Assembly: GCA_019058245.1 (NCBI GenBank)
Contig: JAHPZJ010000017.1
Location: 55,113-119,112 of the forward strand
Length of the DNA stretch: 64,000 nucleotides
Source of the DNA: Promethearchaeota archaeon
Lineage (GTDB): Archaea > Asgardarchaeota > Lokiarchaeia > Sigyniarchaeales > SOKP01
Direction of reading: 5' to 3'
Of this stretch, positions 9,719-19,557 are shown one piece after another. A program made the position numbers and the translations under genes. Within the stretch, counting starts at the first letter, position 1; every line of letters begins with the position of its first letter. The notes beneath the pieces are model-generated. The model was not told where the DNA came from. It saw only the letters and a program-made list of their open reading frames with translations, and ran no database searches.

Positions 9719-10843
9719 TTGCAAAATAAAGATAAATATATAAAAAGAATAGGTTTAATTGTAAATCCCATCGCAGGAATGGGAGGAAGCGTAGGACTTA
9801 AAGGAACAGATGGAAACATATTTAGAAAAGCTGAAAAAATGGGTGCTATGCCTGTAACCCAGATTAGAGCAAATGAATTATTAGTGAATTTAAAAAATAA
9901 GGAAAGGATGACACTATTAGTGGCACCAGGTACAATGGGAGCTGAAATTGTTAGAAATCTTGGTATAAAATTTGAAATTATTGGCGAAATTGGTACTGAA
10001 ACAACAGCTGCAGATACTAAAAGAATTGCGAAGCGAATGCTAGAAGAAAATATTGATCTTTTAATATTTTGTGGCGGAGATGGAACAGCACGGGACATTT
10101 TCGATTCAATTGGATTGGAAAAGCCTGTTGTTGCTCTACCTGCTGGAGTAAAAATGTTTAGTTCTGTTTTTGCTATAAATCCTAGAGCTGCGGCAGAGAT
10201 AGTTGATAAATTTATCGAAGAAGCTATAGAAACCCAAGAAAAGGAGGTTCTTGATATTGATGAAGATCTAGTTCGTCAAGATATCTTACAAGCAAAATTA
10301 TACGGATATTTGAAAGTACCAAAAATCTTAGGTTTAATACAAGCGGGAAAAGTCAGTTCTGGGATGGGGAGAACGATTGAAGAAAATAAACAAGAAATTG
10401 CTCAGTTCATAATCGAGAATATGGAAAATGATATTTTATATTTACTTGGACCAGGTACTACGATAAAGACAATTACAGACAATCTTCAATTACCTAAAAC
10501 TCTTCTTGGAATAGATGCTGTATATAATAAAAAATCTATTGGATTAGATTTAAATGAGAAAAACATTCTTGAATTATTAAATCATTATAAAAAGGTAATA
10601 ATCATTATTTCCCCCATTGGGGGTCAGGGTTTTCTTTTCGGACGTGGAAATAAGCAAATTACGCCTAAAATTCTAAAAATAATTGGAAAAGAGAATATTA
10701 GAGTCATATCAACTGTAGAGAAAATCAGACAGTTAGATTGTCTAAGAGTTGATACAGGAGATATTGAGATTGATAGGATGTTAATAGGTTTTACTAAAGT
10801 TATTACAGGCTATAAAGAAGAACTTATAATTAAAGTAGAATAA
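9719..10843 (+). CDS. ATP-NAD kinase family protein (AcoX-like)
   Basis: VNPIAGMGGSVGLKGTDG, GGDGTARD, PAGVKMFS, GGQGFLFGRGNKQI. TTG start. Confidence 0.85.
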   Translation: MQNKDKYIKRIGLIVNPIAGMGGSVGLKGTDGNIFRKAEKMGAMPVTQIRANELLVNLKNKERMTLLVAPGTMGAEIVRNLGIKFEIIGEIGTETTAADTKRIAKRMLEENIDLLIFCGGDGTARDIFDSIGLEKPVVALPAGVKMFSSVFAINPRAAAEIVDKFIEEAIETQEKEVLDIDEDLVRQDILQAKLYGYLKVPKILGLIQAGKVSSGMGRTIEENKQEIAQFIIENMENDILYLLGPGTTIKTITDNLQLPKTLLGIDAVYNKKSIGLDLNEKNILELLNHYKKVIIIISPIGGQGFLFGRGNKQITPKILKIIGKENIRVISTVEKIRQLDCLRVDTGDIEIDRMLIGFTKVITGYKEELIIKVE

Positions 10844-10888
10844 TTAATTTAAATTTAAAATTATTTAATTTTTTTTAGTGTCAGAATT

Positions 10889-11860
10889 ATGAAAATTCAA
10901 TTAAATATGAATGAAATGTATAAAAAGCCCCCTAGAGAAATTATCGATCCTGTAAAAGAAAGTATTGATCAAATCAATCGCTATACTCCACAAAAGGAAG
11001 TGGATACTTTAATTGAACAAATCTCTTATTATACAGAGGTTCCTTTTGAATCAATAGTATTAAGTACAGGGTCAGATCTCTTAATCAAAGAATTTATATT
11101 CCTCTTTTCAAATAATAAACAAATAATAATATCAGACCCAACTTTCGTAGTTATCAATAATTCTGCTCAAAAAACAAACTCTCCTCTACTAAAAATTCGA
11201 ATAACTGAGCCAGATTTTAAAATTCCTTTAAATTCTTTTCTTAATGAATTAAGTAAACCATCATTAGTAGTATTTGATAATCCAAATAATCCGACAGGCA
11301 ATTTGACTCTAAATGAAAAAGATGTTAAAACAATTTTAGAAAATGAAAATGTAATTATGTTAATAGATGAAGCATATTATGAATTCTCAAAAGCCAGTTT
11401 TGCAAATTTGATTAACGATTATCCTAATCTTGCAATACTAAGGACGTTAAGCAAATCATTTGGTTTAGCAGGTTCGGGAATTGGATATTTATTAGCTGGT
11501 GACTTGATACAGAAAAAATTTCAAGGATTAGAAATAATGCTTCCTTATCCAAGTGTTATTGCTGGAATAAACGCCTTGAAATATCAAAAATATATGATAG
11601 AATATATCGATGAACTTCAAAATGAAAAAATAAGAATTAACAAACATCTCTCTAAGTTAGAGATAATTTGTTTTCCTAGTTACGCGAACTTTTTATTAGT
11701 CAAAACAAATATTCCCAATATATCACAAATCCTAGCAGAATCTGGAATTTTAGTTCATGATGTCTCCAATCAATTAAGTTCCGAGTTTTTTCGAGTTACC
11801 ATAGGCTCTAAAAAAGAAAATGATTTCTTTTTACAAACAATTGAAAAAATTATAGCTTAA
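10889..11860 (+). CDS. Class I/II PLP aminotransferase, histidinol-phosphate aminotransferase-like
   Basis: NPNNPTG, IDEAYYEF, RTLSKSFGLAG, ANFLL, RVTIG. Confidence 0.85.
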   Translation: MKIQLNMNEMYKKPPREIIDPVKESIDQINRYTPQKEVDTLIEQISYYTEVPFESIVLSTGSDLLIKEFIFLFSNNKQIIISDPTFVVINNSAQKTNSPLLKIRITEPDFKIPLNSFLNELSKPSLVVFDNPNNPTGNLTLNEKDVKTILENENVIMLIDEAYYEFSKASFANLINDYPNLAILRTLSKSFGLAGSGIGYLLAGDLIQKKFQGLEIMLPYPSVIAGINALKYQKYMIEYIDELQNEKIRINKHLSKLEIICFPSYANFLLVKTNIPNISQILAESGILVHDVSNQLSSEFFRVTIGSKKENDFFLQTIEKIIA

Positions 11861-11964
11861 TTATTAAATAAACAAAATGCTATAATAATAGAAATGTAGT
11901 AATTCAATATTTATTATGGATTTAATATCTATATAGATTAATAATTAAATTTGATGATTATAAA

Positions 11965-12786
11965 ATGGTTGATAAGATAAGAACAATATGTATTGTCGGA
12001 GCGGGATTTATGGGAAAACAAATAATGAAAAGATCAGCTCTTCATAATTACGTAATTCGTGTTTTTGATATAAATCTGAAAGTAGTCGATGAATATATAA
12101 AAAAATTAACAAAAAACTTAGGGAAAGATGGAATATCGGCAGAAATTAGCCTTCATTCTAAGCTTTCAGAAGCAGTGCAAAATGTTGACCTAATAATTGA
12201 AGCTGTTCCGGAAAAACTTGAATTAAAAAAGGATATTTTTTCGAGAGTAGATAAATTAGCACCACTTCATGCAATTTTAGCTACTAATAGTTCATCATTT
12301 CCAGTTTCAAAAATAGAAGATGTTGTTGAGAGAAAAGATAAAATTATGAATATTCATTTTTACAGTCTTTCTAAGTATCCAATGGCAGATCTTATGAAAG
12401 GAACACAAACAAGTGATGAAACTTTTGAGAAAGGTAAGAAATGGGTCGAAAGTATTAATATTACTCCTCTTATTGTTAAAAAAGAAAGTTTTGGTTTTGT
12501 TTTCAATAGAATATGGCGAGCTATTAAAAAAGAATGCTTAAAAATTTGGGCGGGAGGACATGCCGATGTTGAGACAATAGATCAATCATGGAAAATCTTC
12601 ACCGGTATGGATATTGGTCCCTTTACTTTAATGGATAACATTGGTCTTGAGGTAGTTTATGATATTGAAATGTCATACTACCATGAAAGTGGAGACATTA
12701 ATGATATTCCACCTGATCTTCTTAAGGAGATGATGGATAAAGGATTTTTAGGACGAAAAAGTGGAAAGGGATTTTATACATATTAA
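11965..12786 (+). CDS. 3-hydroxyacyl-CoA dehydrogenase family protein
   Basis: VGAGFMG, IEAVPEKLELKK, ATNSSS, GFVFNRI, GPFTLMDNIGL, LGRKSGKGFY. Confidence 0.9.
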   Translation: MVDKIRTICIVGAGFMGKQIMKRSALHNYVIRVFDINLKVVDEYIKKLTKNLGKDGISAEISLHSKLSEAVQNVDLIIEAVPEKLELKKDIFSRVDKLAPLHAILATNSSSFPVSKIEDVVERKDKIMNIHFYSLSKYPMADLMKGTQTSDETFEKGKKWVESINITPLIVKKESFGFVFNRIWRAIKKECLKIWAGGHADVETIDQSWKIFTGMDIGPFTLMDNIGLEVVYDIEMSYYHESGDINDIPPDLLKEMMDKGFLGRKSGKGFYTY

Positions 12787-12868
12787 ATAAGGTAAATTTT
12801 TTTTAAATGTTTAATTTTAAAAAGTAATTATCCTTGCGTTCTATTCACACAAATGATAAAATAATCTT

Positions 12869-13585
12869 ATGTCCGATAATAATAAAAGAGAAGTTAACAG
12901 AATTAAAGAACTTGAAAGTATTAATTTATCAAGAGAAGAAATTAGAGATTTTGTTATTGAAACCAAGAAAGAAGTAGAAAAGGATAATGATTTATTAGCA
13001 AAACAACTAAATGATGAACTTAAGAAAAGAGGGATCAGATCAATAGATATTGTTGGCGCCATTGGAGCAGGGAAAACAGCACTTCTAGAAAAAATCGCTG
13101 AAAGATTATCAAAAAAGTATAGAATCTTAGTAATTTGTGGAGATATCACAACTAGAGTAGACGCTGATAGAATTGAGAAACATGATGTTAAAACAATTCA
13201 AATTAATACTGGAAGGGAATGTGCATTAAATGCATATCATATTTATCAAGTTTTAAAGAATCAAGATTTAGACAACTATGATCTAATTTTTATAGAAAAT
13301 GTTGGAAATCTAATTTGTCCATCTGATTTCAAATTAGGTACAGATATGAGAATGACAGTAGTTTCGATTACTGAGGGAGAATGGGTTGTTGAAAAACATC
13401 CAATGCTCTTTAAGATGTCTGATGTCGCTGTTATTAATAAAATCGATCTTTTAGAGAGATTAGGAACTAATATTGACAAAATGGAAAATGATGCTAAGAA
13501 TTTCAACCCACATATAAAAGTAATAAAAACAAGTGCTAAAACTAATGAAAATGTTGATTTACTAATTAAAACTCTTGAATTATAA
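12869..13585 (+). CDS. hypB: Hydrogenase nickel incorporation GTPase HypB
   Basis: GAIGAGKT, QINTGREC, IENVGNLICP, SITEG, KHP, INKIDL, SAK. Confidence 0.92.
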   Translation: MSDNNKREVNRIKELESINLSREEIRDFVIETKKEVEKDNDLLAKQLNDELKKRGIRSIDIVGAIGAGKTALLEKIAERLSKKYRILVICGDITTRVDADRIEKHDVKTIQINTGRECALNAYHIYQVLKNQDLDNYDLIFIENVGNLICPSDFKLGTDMRMTVVSITEGEWVVEKHPMLFKMSDVAVINKIDLLERLGTNIDKMENDAKNFNPHIKVIKTSAKTNENVDLLIKTLEL

Positions 13586-13606
13586 AATTTATTAATGTGA
13601 GAAAAA

Positions 13607-14041
13607 ATGAAAAAAGATTTAGAAGAAATACAAAAGATTATTGGTAAGTTAGAGTTAAATTCCAAAACTCAAATTAAGGATTTATTAAATTATTTCTTGC
13701 AAACTCATCTTAATCGAAATAAAGTTGATAACTTTATTGGTGATTATCCCACCTTCATAGAACCTGTACATCTTGAAGATAATGTTAGAATTGGAGATGA
13801 TGTACTATTAGGCCCGAATGTATACATTGGTAAGGATTCTGAAATAAAAGATTATGTAGAAATATCGAATTCTATCATCTTTGATAATGTTTTTATCGGT
13901 AAAAATAATAAGTTAGGTAATTGTATTATTGGAAAGAATACTTCATTGGTATGTGAAAATATTAATGTGAATAATTGCGTTATAGTTGGAAACATAAAAA
14001 GTAAAGAAGATCTTTATAAAATCATATATAAATTTGAGTAA
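13607..14041 (+). CDS. Left-handed beta-helix (hexapeptide repeat) protein resembling the C-terminal domain of NDP-sugar pyrophosphorylases
   Basis: EPVHLEDNVRIGDDVLLGPNVYIGKDSEIKDYVEISNSIIFDNV hexapeptide repeats. Confidence 0.75.
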   Translation: MKKDLEEIQKIIGKLELNSKTQIKDLLNYFLQTHLNRNKVDNFIGDYPTFIEPVHLEDNVRIGDDVLLGPNVYIGKDSEIKDYVEISNSIIFDNVFIGKNNKLGNCIIGKNTSLVCENINVNNCVIVGNIKSKEDLYKIIYKFE

Positions 14042-14141
14042 ATCACATTATAGAATAATTTTTGATACCCCAATGCTTTTTCAAGATAATATTATAAATA
14101 TTGATAATTTTTTTCAATTAGAAATTCATAATATTTATCCT

Positions 14142-14184
14142 GAAAGGTAAATTCAGAGTCTGATTTCAATGAAAATTTGGTGAA
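14142..14184 (+). repeat. Direct repeat copy 1 (43 bp), upstream of the 14249-15268 gene
   Basis: GAAAGGTAAATTCAGAGTCTGATTTCAATGAAAATTTGGTGAA; 38/43 identical to 15291-15333. Confidence 0.8.
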
Positions 14185-14248
14185 AAAGTAGTAAAGGTTT
14201 AAAAATCTAATTCTATAAATATATTACAAATCCTGTAGTAAATAAAAT

Positions 14249-15268
14249 GTGAATGGTTATATGAGATTTAGTAGTCTATCAATGACAAGTACCACACATA
14301 TAAGGTGCAAAGTTGGTGTACTAGCTGCATTCCTTGCTCATCCAAGGTATGAGTCAAATGAAGACCTTATCCGTGAAGCAAAAACTTATGTTTTAGGTCA
14401 TCATGCAAAATGGGCTTATGCATTCCATCTACCTAAAGAGGAAGCATTCGAAGTACTATCTAGGTGCCTTCCAGAAATTACTAGAAGACAGCAATCAACA
14501 GGTATGTGGAGACGGAAAAATGCTGATATATATACTTATGGGATTTTAAGAGCCTTGAAACATGCTGAACTTCTCGATCAAGATACCTTTCGTTATGACT
14601 TATACCAAGAATTTCGAGAGAAAACCGATCTTATCAGCACTCTTGTAAGGAGAAATATAATGAACAAATCTACTAATGTAGAAAATGTTGTTGCTGAATT
14701 ATTTTCTACTCAAGGAAAAAATGGTTCTTGGTTTAATAGTCTCTCTGCAACCTGTTTTCAGCTACAAACTTTGATAGAATTAGGTATTGATGCTAAGCAT
14801 GAATCAATTTCCATGGCTATCAAATGGCTTTTTGAACAGTTTCATGAAAAATTTGAAGGAAGAGCGAGGACTTGGAGATTTGATTTTGAAAATATTTTTT
14901 TAGCAGATAACTATGCCGCTGAACAAGATGGTTTTCGACGGGTTGCTCCAGAACACGGCAAAATGGGTTGTATCAGTTCTTTACTATCTGGTATTGGTAG
15001 TTTTATTATCGGGAATCCTGCAATAACCACCGCTATAGCACTCTATACATTGACTAGGTTAGGATATGAGAATGATAAAAGAATATTAGATGGATATGAA
15101 AATCTATATAATATTCGAGGATTTGGTGGGAGTAATGGAGATATTAATGAATTTGTTTGGTGTGTGGGAGTTTATAAACCAAATTCTGTACATTATGATC
15201 TACAAAGAACAGGCATTAATTACGATGAATATCTGCAAATAGTGAAAGAAAGAAAAAATAATAAATGA
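14249..15268 (+). CDS. Hypothetical protein with prenyltransferase/squalene-cyclase-like (QW-type) repeats
   Basis: RQQSTGMW and TQGKNGSW repeats, AIKWLFEQ and TAIALYTLTRLGY helical motifs. Start uncertain (GTG 14249 or ATG 14261/14282). Confidence 0.6.
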   Translation: MNGYMRFSSLSMTSTTHIRCKVGVLAAFLAHPRYESNEDLIREAKTYVLGHHAKWAYAFHLPKEEAFEVLSRCLPEITRRQQSTGMWRRKNADIYTYGILRALKHAELLDQDTFRYDLYQEFREKTDLISTLVRRNIMNKSTNVENVVAELFSTQGKNGSWFNSLSATCFQLQTLIELGIDAKHESISMAIKWLFEQFHEKFEGRARTWRFDFENIFLADNYAAEQDGFRRVAPEHGKMGCISSLLSGIGSFIIGNPAITTAIALYTLTRLGYENDKRILDGYENLYNIRGFGGSNGDINEFVWCVGVYKPNSVHYDLQRTGINYDEYLQIVKERKNNK

Positions 15269-15290
15269 AAAATCCTTTGAAATTAGAATG

Positions 15291-15333
15291 GAAAGGTAAA
15301 TTCACGATTTGATTTCAATGAAAATTTTGTGAA
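15291..15333 (+). repeat. Direct repeat copy 2 (43 bp), downstream of the 14249-15268 gene
   Basis: GAAAGGTAAATTCACGATTTGATTTCAATGAAAATTTTGTGAA; contains an internal TTCAC...GTGAA dyad. Confidence 0.8.
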
Positions 15334-15578
15334 GACCAATTATCGATAAACAAATAAACTTGAAAGGGAGCTATTTATGTGAAGATCTCTTCAATTTGCT
15401 TTAGATTTACTACTTTTTTTTTTAGAGTTGAAGGTAGTTTTTTAATAATCTTCTCGTCAGCTTATAGAAAAAATACTTATCATCGTGAAACCCCTCTTTT
15501 ACGATCTATTATATACATTTAGATATCATTTGCCTATTATCTATGAGATATTTTAATAAACTATTTAAGAGTAAAGAT

Positions 15579-16457
15579 TTAATTATTTAAAATATCTTCT
15601 TTACTTTTTTCAATTTTTATCAAAAGCTTTCCAACAGCTTTATGACTTGTGAGTTGTAGCCATGCTAATAACCAATACCATCTTGGTACAAATACTTCTC
15701 TTTTATATTTTCGTGAAGCTTTCATTACCGTTTTTGCCACATCTTTAACATCCACAAATTTATATAAAAAACCTCGTTTCTGATAATACTCCGCCCATTT
15801 TTTCATTCCTGGTGTTGATTCCCAAAATTTTGTTTTTGCTGGTGCTGAACAGATAGTAATTACTTGAATATTATGGTTTTGCATTCTGAACTCTGATCGA
15901 AGAGAATCTGCTAATCCAACAACAGCATATTTACTCATTGAGTAAGCCGCCATATTTGGTATACCTGTTTTACCCGCAGAACTTGATGAAAAGATTAGTT
16001 GTCCTTCTTTTCGATTTGGAAATTTTTTTGATGGAGCTGGGCTACCTATATATGGAAGTGCTGCTTGCAATACTAACCACATACCATCAACATTTATAGA
16101 CATGATCTTTCGATATTCTTCAAAAGTTCCTCCATTTGTAATTGAACAAGTAGTTCCTATACCTGCATTATTATATAAAATATCAATATATTGCTCTTTT
16201 TCGCCAATATTTTTTATAACACGCTCAATTTGTTCTCGATTTGTGAGATCAAATTCATAGCTTTCCACATATTCTGCTCCCAAATCTTTTAATTCCACCT
16301 TCAACTTATTTAAAGCTTCATTAGGAAGATCTAGTAGATACATTCTCATTCCTAAAGGTGCAAACTGACGACAAACCTCACTTCCGATATCACCAGTTGC
16401 TCCTGTTATTACAAATACTTTACTTGTATACCATTTCTTTTTCATAATAAAAACCAA
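15579..16457 (-). CDS. Short-chain dehydrogenase/reductase (SDR)
   Basis: ITGATGDIG, NNAGIG, catalytic YSMSK (YxxxK). Confidence 0.92.
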   Translation of the reverse strand: MVFIMKKKWYTSKVFVITGATGDIGSEVCRQFAPLGMRMYLLDLPNEALNKLKVELKDLGAEYVESYEFDLTNREQIERVIKNIGEKEQYIDILYNNAGIGTTCSITNGGTFEEYRKIMSINVDGMWLVLQAALPYIGSPAPSKKFPNRKEGQLIFSSSSAGKTGIPNMAAYSMSKYAVVGLADSLRSEFRMQNHNIQVITICSAPAKTKFWESTPGMKKWAEYYQKRGFLYKFVDVKDVAKTVMKASRKYKREVFVPRWYWLLAWLQLTSHKAVGKLLIKIEKSKEDILNN

Positions 16458-16485
16458 ATAACCATTTTAGAGAATAAAATCCCTT

Positions 16486-17205
16486 TTACGTAAAAACTTT
16501 AGCTAAATAATTACCACTTTCTTCTTTATAGAGAATTTTGCATGATAATCCAACTTTTAGAGCACATTCATAAAGAGTCTCAGGATCGATATGTAATAGT
16601 TGAAATTTGTCTCCTAATTTCCCTTTGTATTTCATTTGGCAACCTATTTCACCAATATATCTTCCCAATTTGCGATTTCTTTCATGATATTCAAGATGAA
16701 TCCGTTTTGTAGTTTGTCGAATATCTTTAGAATCGAATAATACCATCCCACTAGGATTTAGGAGAGTTTTACAATAATTCAAAAATCTTTTCATTCCATT
16801 CAAGTTCTCTACGAATCCTATTGAATTTCCTAAAAGAAGAATTGTGTCAAATGAATTCCTATCTAAATCGTAAATGTTAGAACAGTATACATGTTGAACT
16901 CCCCTTCGTTTCATTATTTCACACGCATGAGGTGATATATCTAGTGCATGAACCTCCAGACCTAGTTTCTGAAGTTCAAGACTATGTGGTCCCACTCCTG
17001 CTCCAATATCTAAAATTTTGCCCTTACATATTTCTAATGCTTTTTTCTCCAAATTTGAAAAATAATTGGATGTCCTAAAAAAAGGTTGTATAAGAAGCTT
17101 AGTTTCTAATCCATCATCTCGACAAAAAATAACTTTTGCTCTTTTTTTACCATTATAAAAATCTTTAAGTGCTAAACCAAAAGGTTCCATTGCTTTTTCT
17201 GACAT
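16486..17205 (-). CDS. Class I SAM-dependent methyltransferase
   Basis: ILDIGAGVGPH, ALDISP, FDTILLLGN. Confidence 0.88.
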   Translation of the reverse strand: MSEKAMEPFGLALKDFYNGKKRAKVIFCRDDGLETKLLIQPFFRTSNYFSNLEKKALEICKGKILDIGAGVGPHSLELQKLGLEVHALDISPHACEIMKRRGVQHVYCSNIYDLDRNSFDTILLLGNSIGFVENLNGMKRFLNYCKTLLNPSGMVLFDSKDIRQTTKRIHLEYHERNRKLGRYIGEIGCQMKYKGKLGDKFQLLHIDPETLYECALKVGLSCKILYKEESGNYLAKVFT

Positions 17206-17225
17206 TTTTAGTTTAACTTGGAATT

Positions 17226-17609
17226 CTATTCCCCCTTTTTTACAACACCATTAAAGGAAGAAAATTGATTAAAAATTACTTTAGCATCTCCCTCAATCTT
17301 AGCAAAAATATTAACAGGACTAGCAGCAACAGGTTTATCACCTGAACTTGCAGGGGTAGAACCCCAAAAAATACAGAATCCTTGTCCACTAATCCAGTAT
17401 CCAACATCTCCAACATCACATTCAATCTGAGAGTTTTCTGAAGGAATTGAGACAGGACAATCACCATATAGCTCTTCACCCCATCTGGATAAATTTACTT
17501 CAAATGGAAGAGTATCCCAAATTGCTTGGCATGTCTTAGGGTTTTTATCAAGTAGTAATTTTGCTTTAATTTTTCCTATCTTCTCATTTTCAATGAAGAT
17601 ATATTCCAT
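17226..17609 (-). CDS. Cyclophilin-like fold protein (DUF369-like)
   Basis: PKT..AIWDTLP, RWGEELY, GDVGYW..G.GFCIFWGSTP, PASPVNIF-like pattern. Confidence 0.8.
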   Translation of the reverse strand: MEYIFIENEKIGKIKAKLLLDKNPKTCQAIWDTLPFEVNLSRWGEELYGDCPVSIPSENSQIECDVGDVGYWISGQGFCIFWGSTPASSGDKPVAASPVNIFAKIEGDAKVIFNQFSSFNGVVKKGE

Positions 17610-17884
17610 ATCAATTCACTCTAATTTGATGTTAAAAATGAGTAAGATTTCTTATTATTTAAAGAAATATCCTTAAAAAATTTTAAAAAGCAATAAACCT
17701 AAAAAAAATTTAAAAAAGAATCCTATAAAATATGATTAACTTCAATAGGACTATTCTTCCCGTTCATATAAATAAAACAGACAATCCAGAGTATTAGTAT
17801 TAAAAAATAAGCATGAAGGAAAGTGAAAAATAGAAGATTTAAGTTTCTATACAGTAATTATAAGAAAGCTATTAAAAAATAATT

Positions 17885-18901
17885 CTAATAAAAAATAGAT
17901 GGATTTTTTAGAAAATAAAGAGTTTTATTGGGAAGATTTTTTCTTAATAAAATCTCAAGTTCTTCTAATTTTAGAATATATTTTGAAACTGTATTTTGAT
18001 GCATCTTTAAATCTTTTGATATTCTATATTTTGGGGATCCATTAGGATTTTTTTTTAGGTAATTAATTATCTTTAGAGTTCTTTCCCTGCCCATAAAATG
18101 CAAAATTTTTGCGTTTTCTTCTGAAAGACTTGAATTATAATAGATCTCTCTATTTTCTACATTAGTTTTTTTAATAAAGTTGAATTTCAGAAGCATGTTT
18201 AAATGCCATTTAACTAAAAATATCGACATTCCTAAAAGATTAATAATACACATAAAATGAATTCCTGGATTATTTAAAATTGTATTATATATCTTTAATC
18301 GATTAGAATTTTTAAGAACGTCATCCTGAGTAAGTTTAGAACCATCTACTAAAATATTTTTTTTTATTAAACTATTGATTGCTGTTTGTATACCATTTTT
18401 ATTCATATATGATTCTGATTTAGATAATCTAGCATTTAGATATGAAATAATTTTGTTAACTTCTAAAAAACGATTCTTAGAAAGGTATTCTTGAATTAAA
18501 TTTAACACAAGACACTCTTGTGCAGAGATTTCTTTATTTATCTGATGATTAACAGCATTTTTTTTAACCTCGTCATTGTCTAATTTTTTGTATTTTTTGA
18601 TAATAATAGTTAAGGCCGTAATAAAGAGGATTGCTCCAAGTGAAAACGCTTCTTTAAATGAATCCTCTATTTGTATTTGAGAGCGTGTAATACCTAAATA
18701 TATTCCAGAATTAAATTTAGATATAAAAACAATATTTTCTTCATTATACTCTATATTTGGTTGAGGTAAATCTTCTAAAATCTCATTCTTATTTGAAAAA
18801 ATATAACTTTCAGATATTATAGTTATTGTACTAATAAAGAAAATAACTAAAACTAATAGAGTTTTTAGATTCAGACCCTTTCTCGAATGAGAGATTTTCA
18901 T
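17885..18901 (-). CDS. Membrane-anchored winged-helix transcriptional regulator
   Basis: Two hydrophobic segments in the N-terminal ~100 aa, then wHTH modules (NRLKIYNTILNNPGIHF...WHLNML; KIINYL...ISKDLKMHQNTVSKYILKL). Confidence 0.75.
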   Translation of the reverse strand: MKISHSRKGLNLKTLLVLVIFFISTITIISESYIFSNKNEILEDLPQPNIEYNEENIVFISKFNSGIYLGITRSQIQIEDSFKEAFSLGAILFITALTIIIKKYKKLDNDEVKKNAVNHQINKEISAQECLVLNLIQEYLSKNRFLEVNKIISYLNARLSKSESYMNKNGIQTAINSLIKKNILVDGSKLTQDDVLKNSNRLKIYNTILNNPGIHFMCIINLLGMSIFLVKWHLNMLLKFNFIKKTNVENREIYYNSSLSEENAKILHFMGRERTLKIINYLKKNPNGSPKYRISKDLKMHQNTVSKYILKLEELEILLRKNLPNKTLYFLKNPSIFY

Positions 18902-19087
18902 TTACAAAAACAATACTATTTTTTATAATTAAATTAAATCATTGAATATAATTAATAATTAACTCTTAATAAGAGGCAAAATCATATTTTCTTTAAATAA
19001 TTATCATGTAGCAAAGTGATCAGTTAATTAAATTAGCATTAATTCTAATTCTATAGCTATGATAAAAATTTAAAAACGTATGAGAAT

Positions 19088-19531
19088 ATGGCAAAAGATA
19101 ATAAAAAAAATTTACCATCAAATCCAATTGAGGCTCAAGGTTTATTAATTAAAGCTATATATAAAAAATTCGGAGAAGAAGCATTGCCTATTATAAAAGA
19201 AGTGTGTGGTATGCAAGGAAAATCGCTTGGATTAAAAATTAGAAAAAAAATTCCTAATACAAATTTGTCTACAGTAGCAACAGCATTTTCAAAAACTTTT
19301 GACCAAAATTCTGTTAAGATAATTTCGATATCAGATGATAAGTTCCAGATTCAAGGGAGGAAGTGTCCCTTTGGTCTTGAAAATACATCTAGAGCTTTAT
19401 GTGAAGCTGTAATGGCTATTGATCATGAATACTTTCGCACAGCTACTAATGATAAGATCGAACTTAAAATTCTTAAAACTGTAGCTGGAGGTGACCCTTA
19501 TTGTGATACCGTTTATAAGAAAAAAAGTTAA
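19088..19531 (+). CDS. L-2-amino-thiazoline-4-carboxylate hydrolase/V4R-like small-ligand-binding protein
   Basis: KKFGEEAL..I, KCPF, LCE..MAID, KTVAGGDPYC pattern. Confidence 0.65.
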   Translation: MAKDNKKNLPSNPIEAQGLLIKAIYKKFGEEALPIIKEVCGMQGKSLGLKIRKKIPNTNLSTVATAFSKTFDQNSVKIISISDDKFQIQGRKCPFGLENTSRALCEAVMAIDHEYFRTATNDKIELKILKTVAGGDPYCDTVYKKKS

Positions 19532-19557
19532 CCATATTCTTCTAAATCCAATAAATT

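Noticed and set aside
12869-13585. Hydrogenase operon around hypB
   Set aside because: No other hyp or NiFe structural genes in the window; hypB is isolated here.
15265-15312. Short ORF MKNPLKLEWKGKFTI overlapping the upstream stop (ATGA)
   Set aside because: Only 15 codons, running through the repeat; copy 1 has no equivalent start. A decayed gene remnant cannot be excluded but is unsupported.
14142-15333. Direct repeats as a CRISPR array or integron attC sites
   Set aside because: Only two copies, ~1.1 kb apart; no cas genes; no RYYYAAC...GTTRRRY attC ends.
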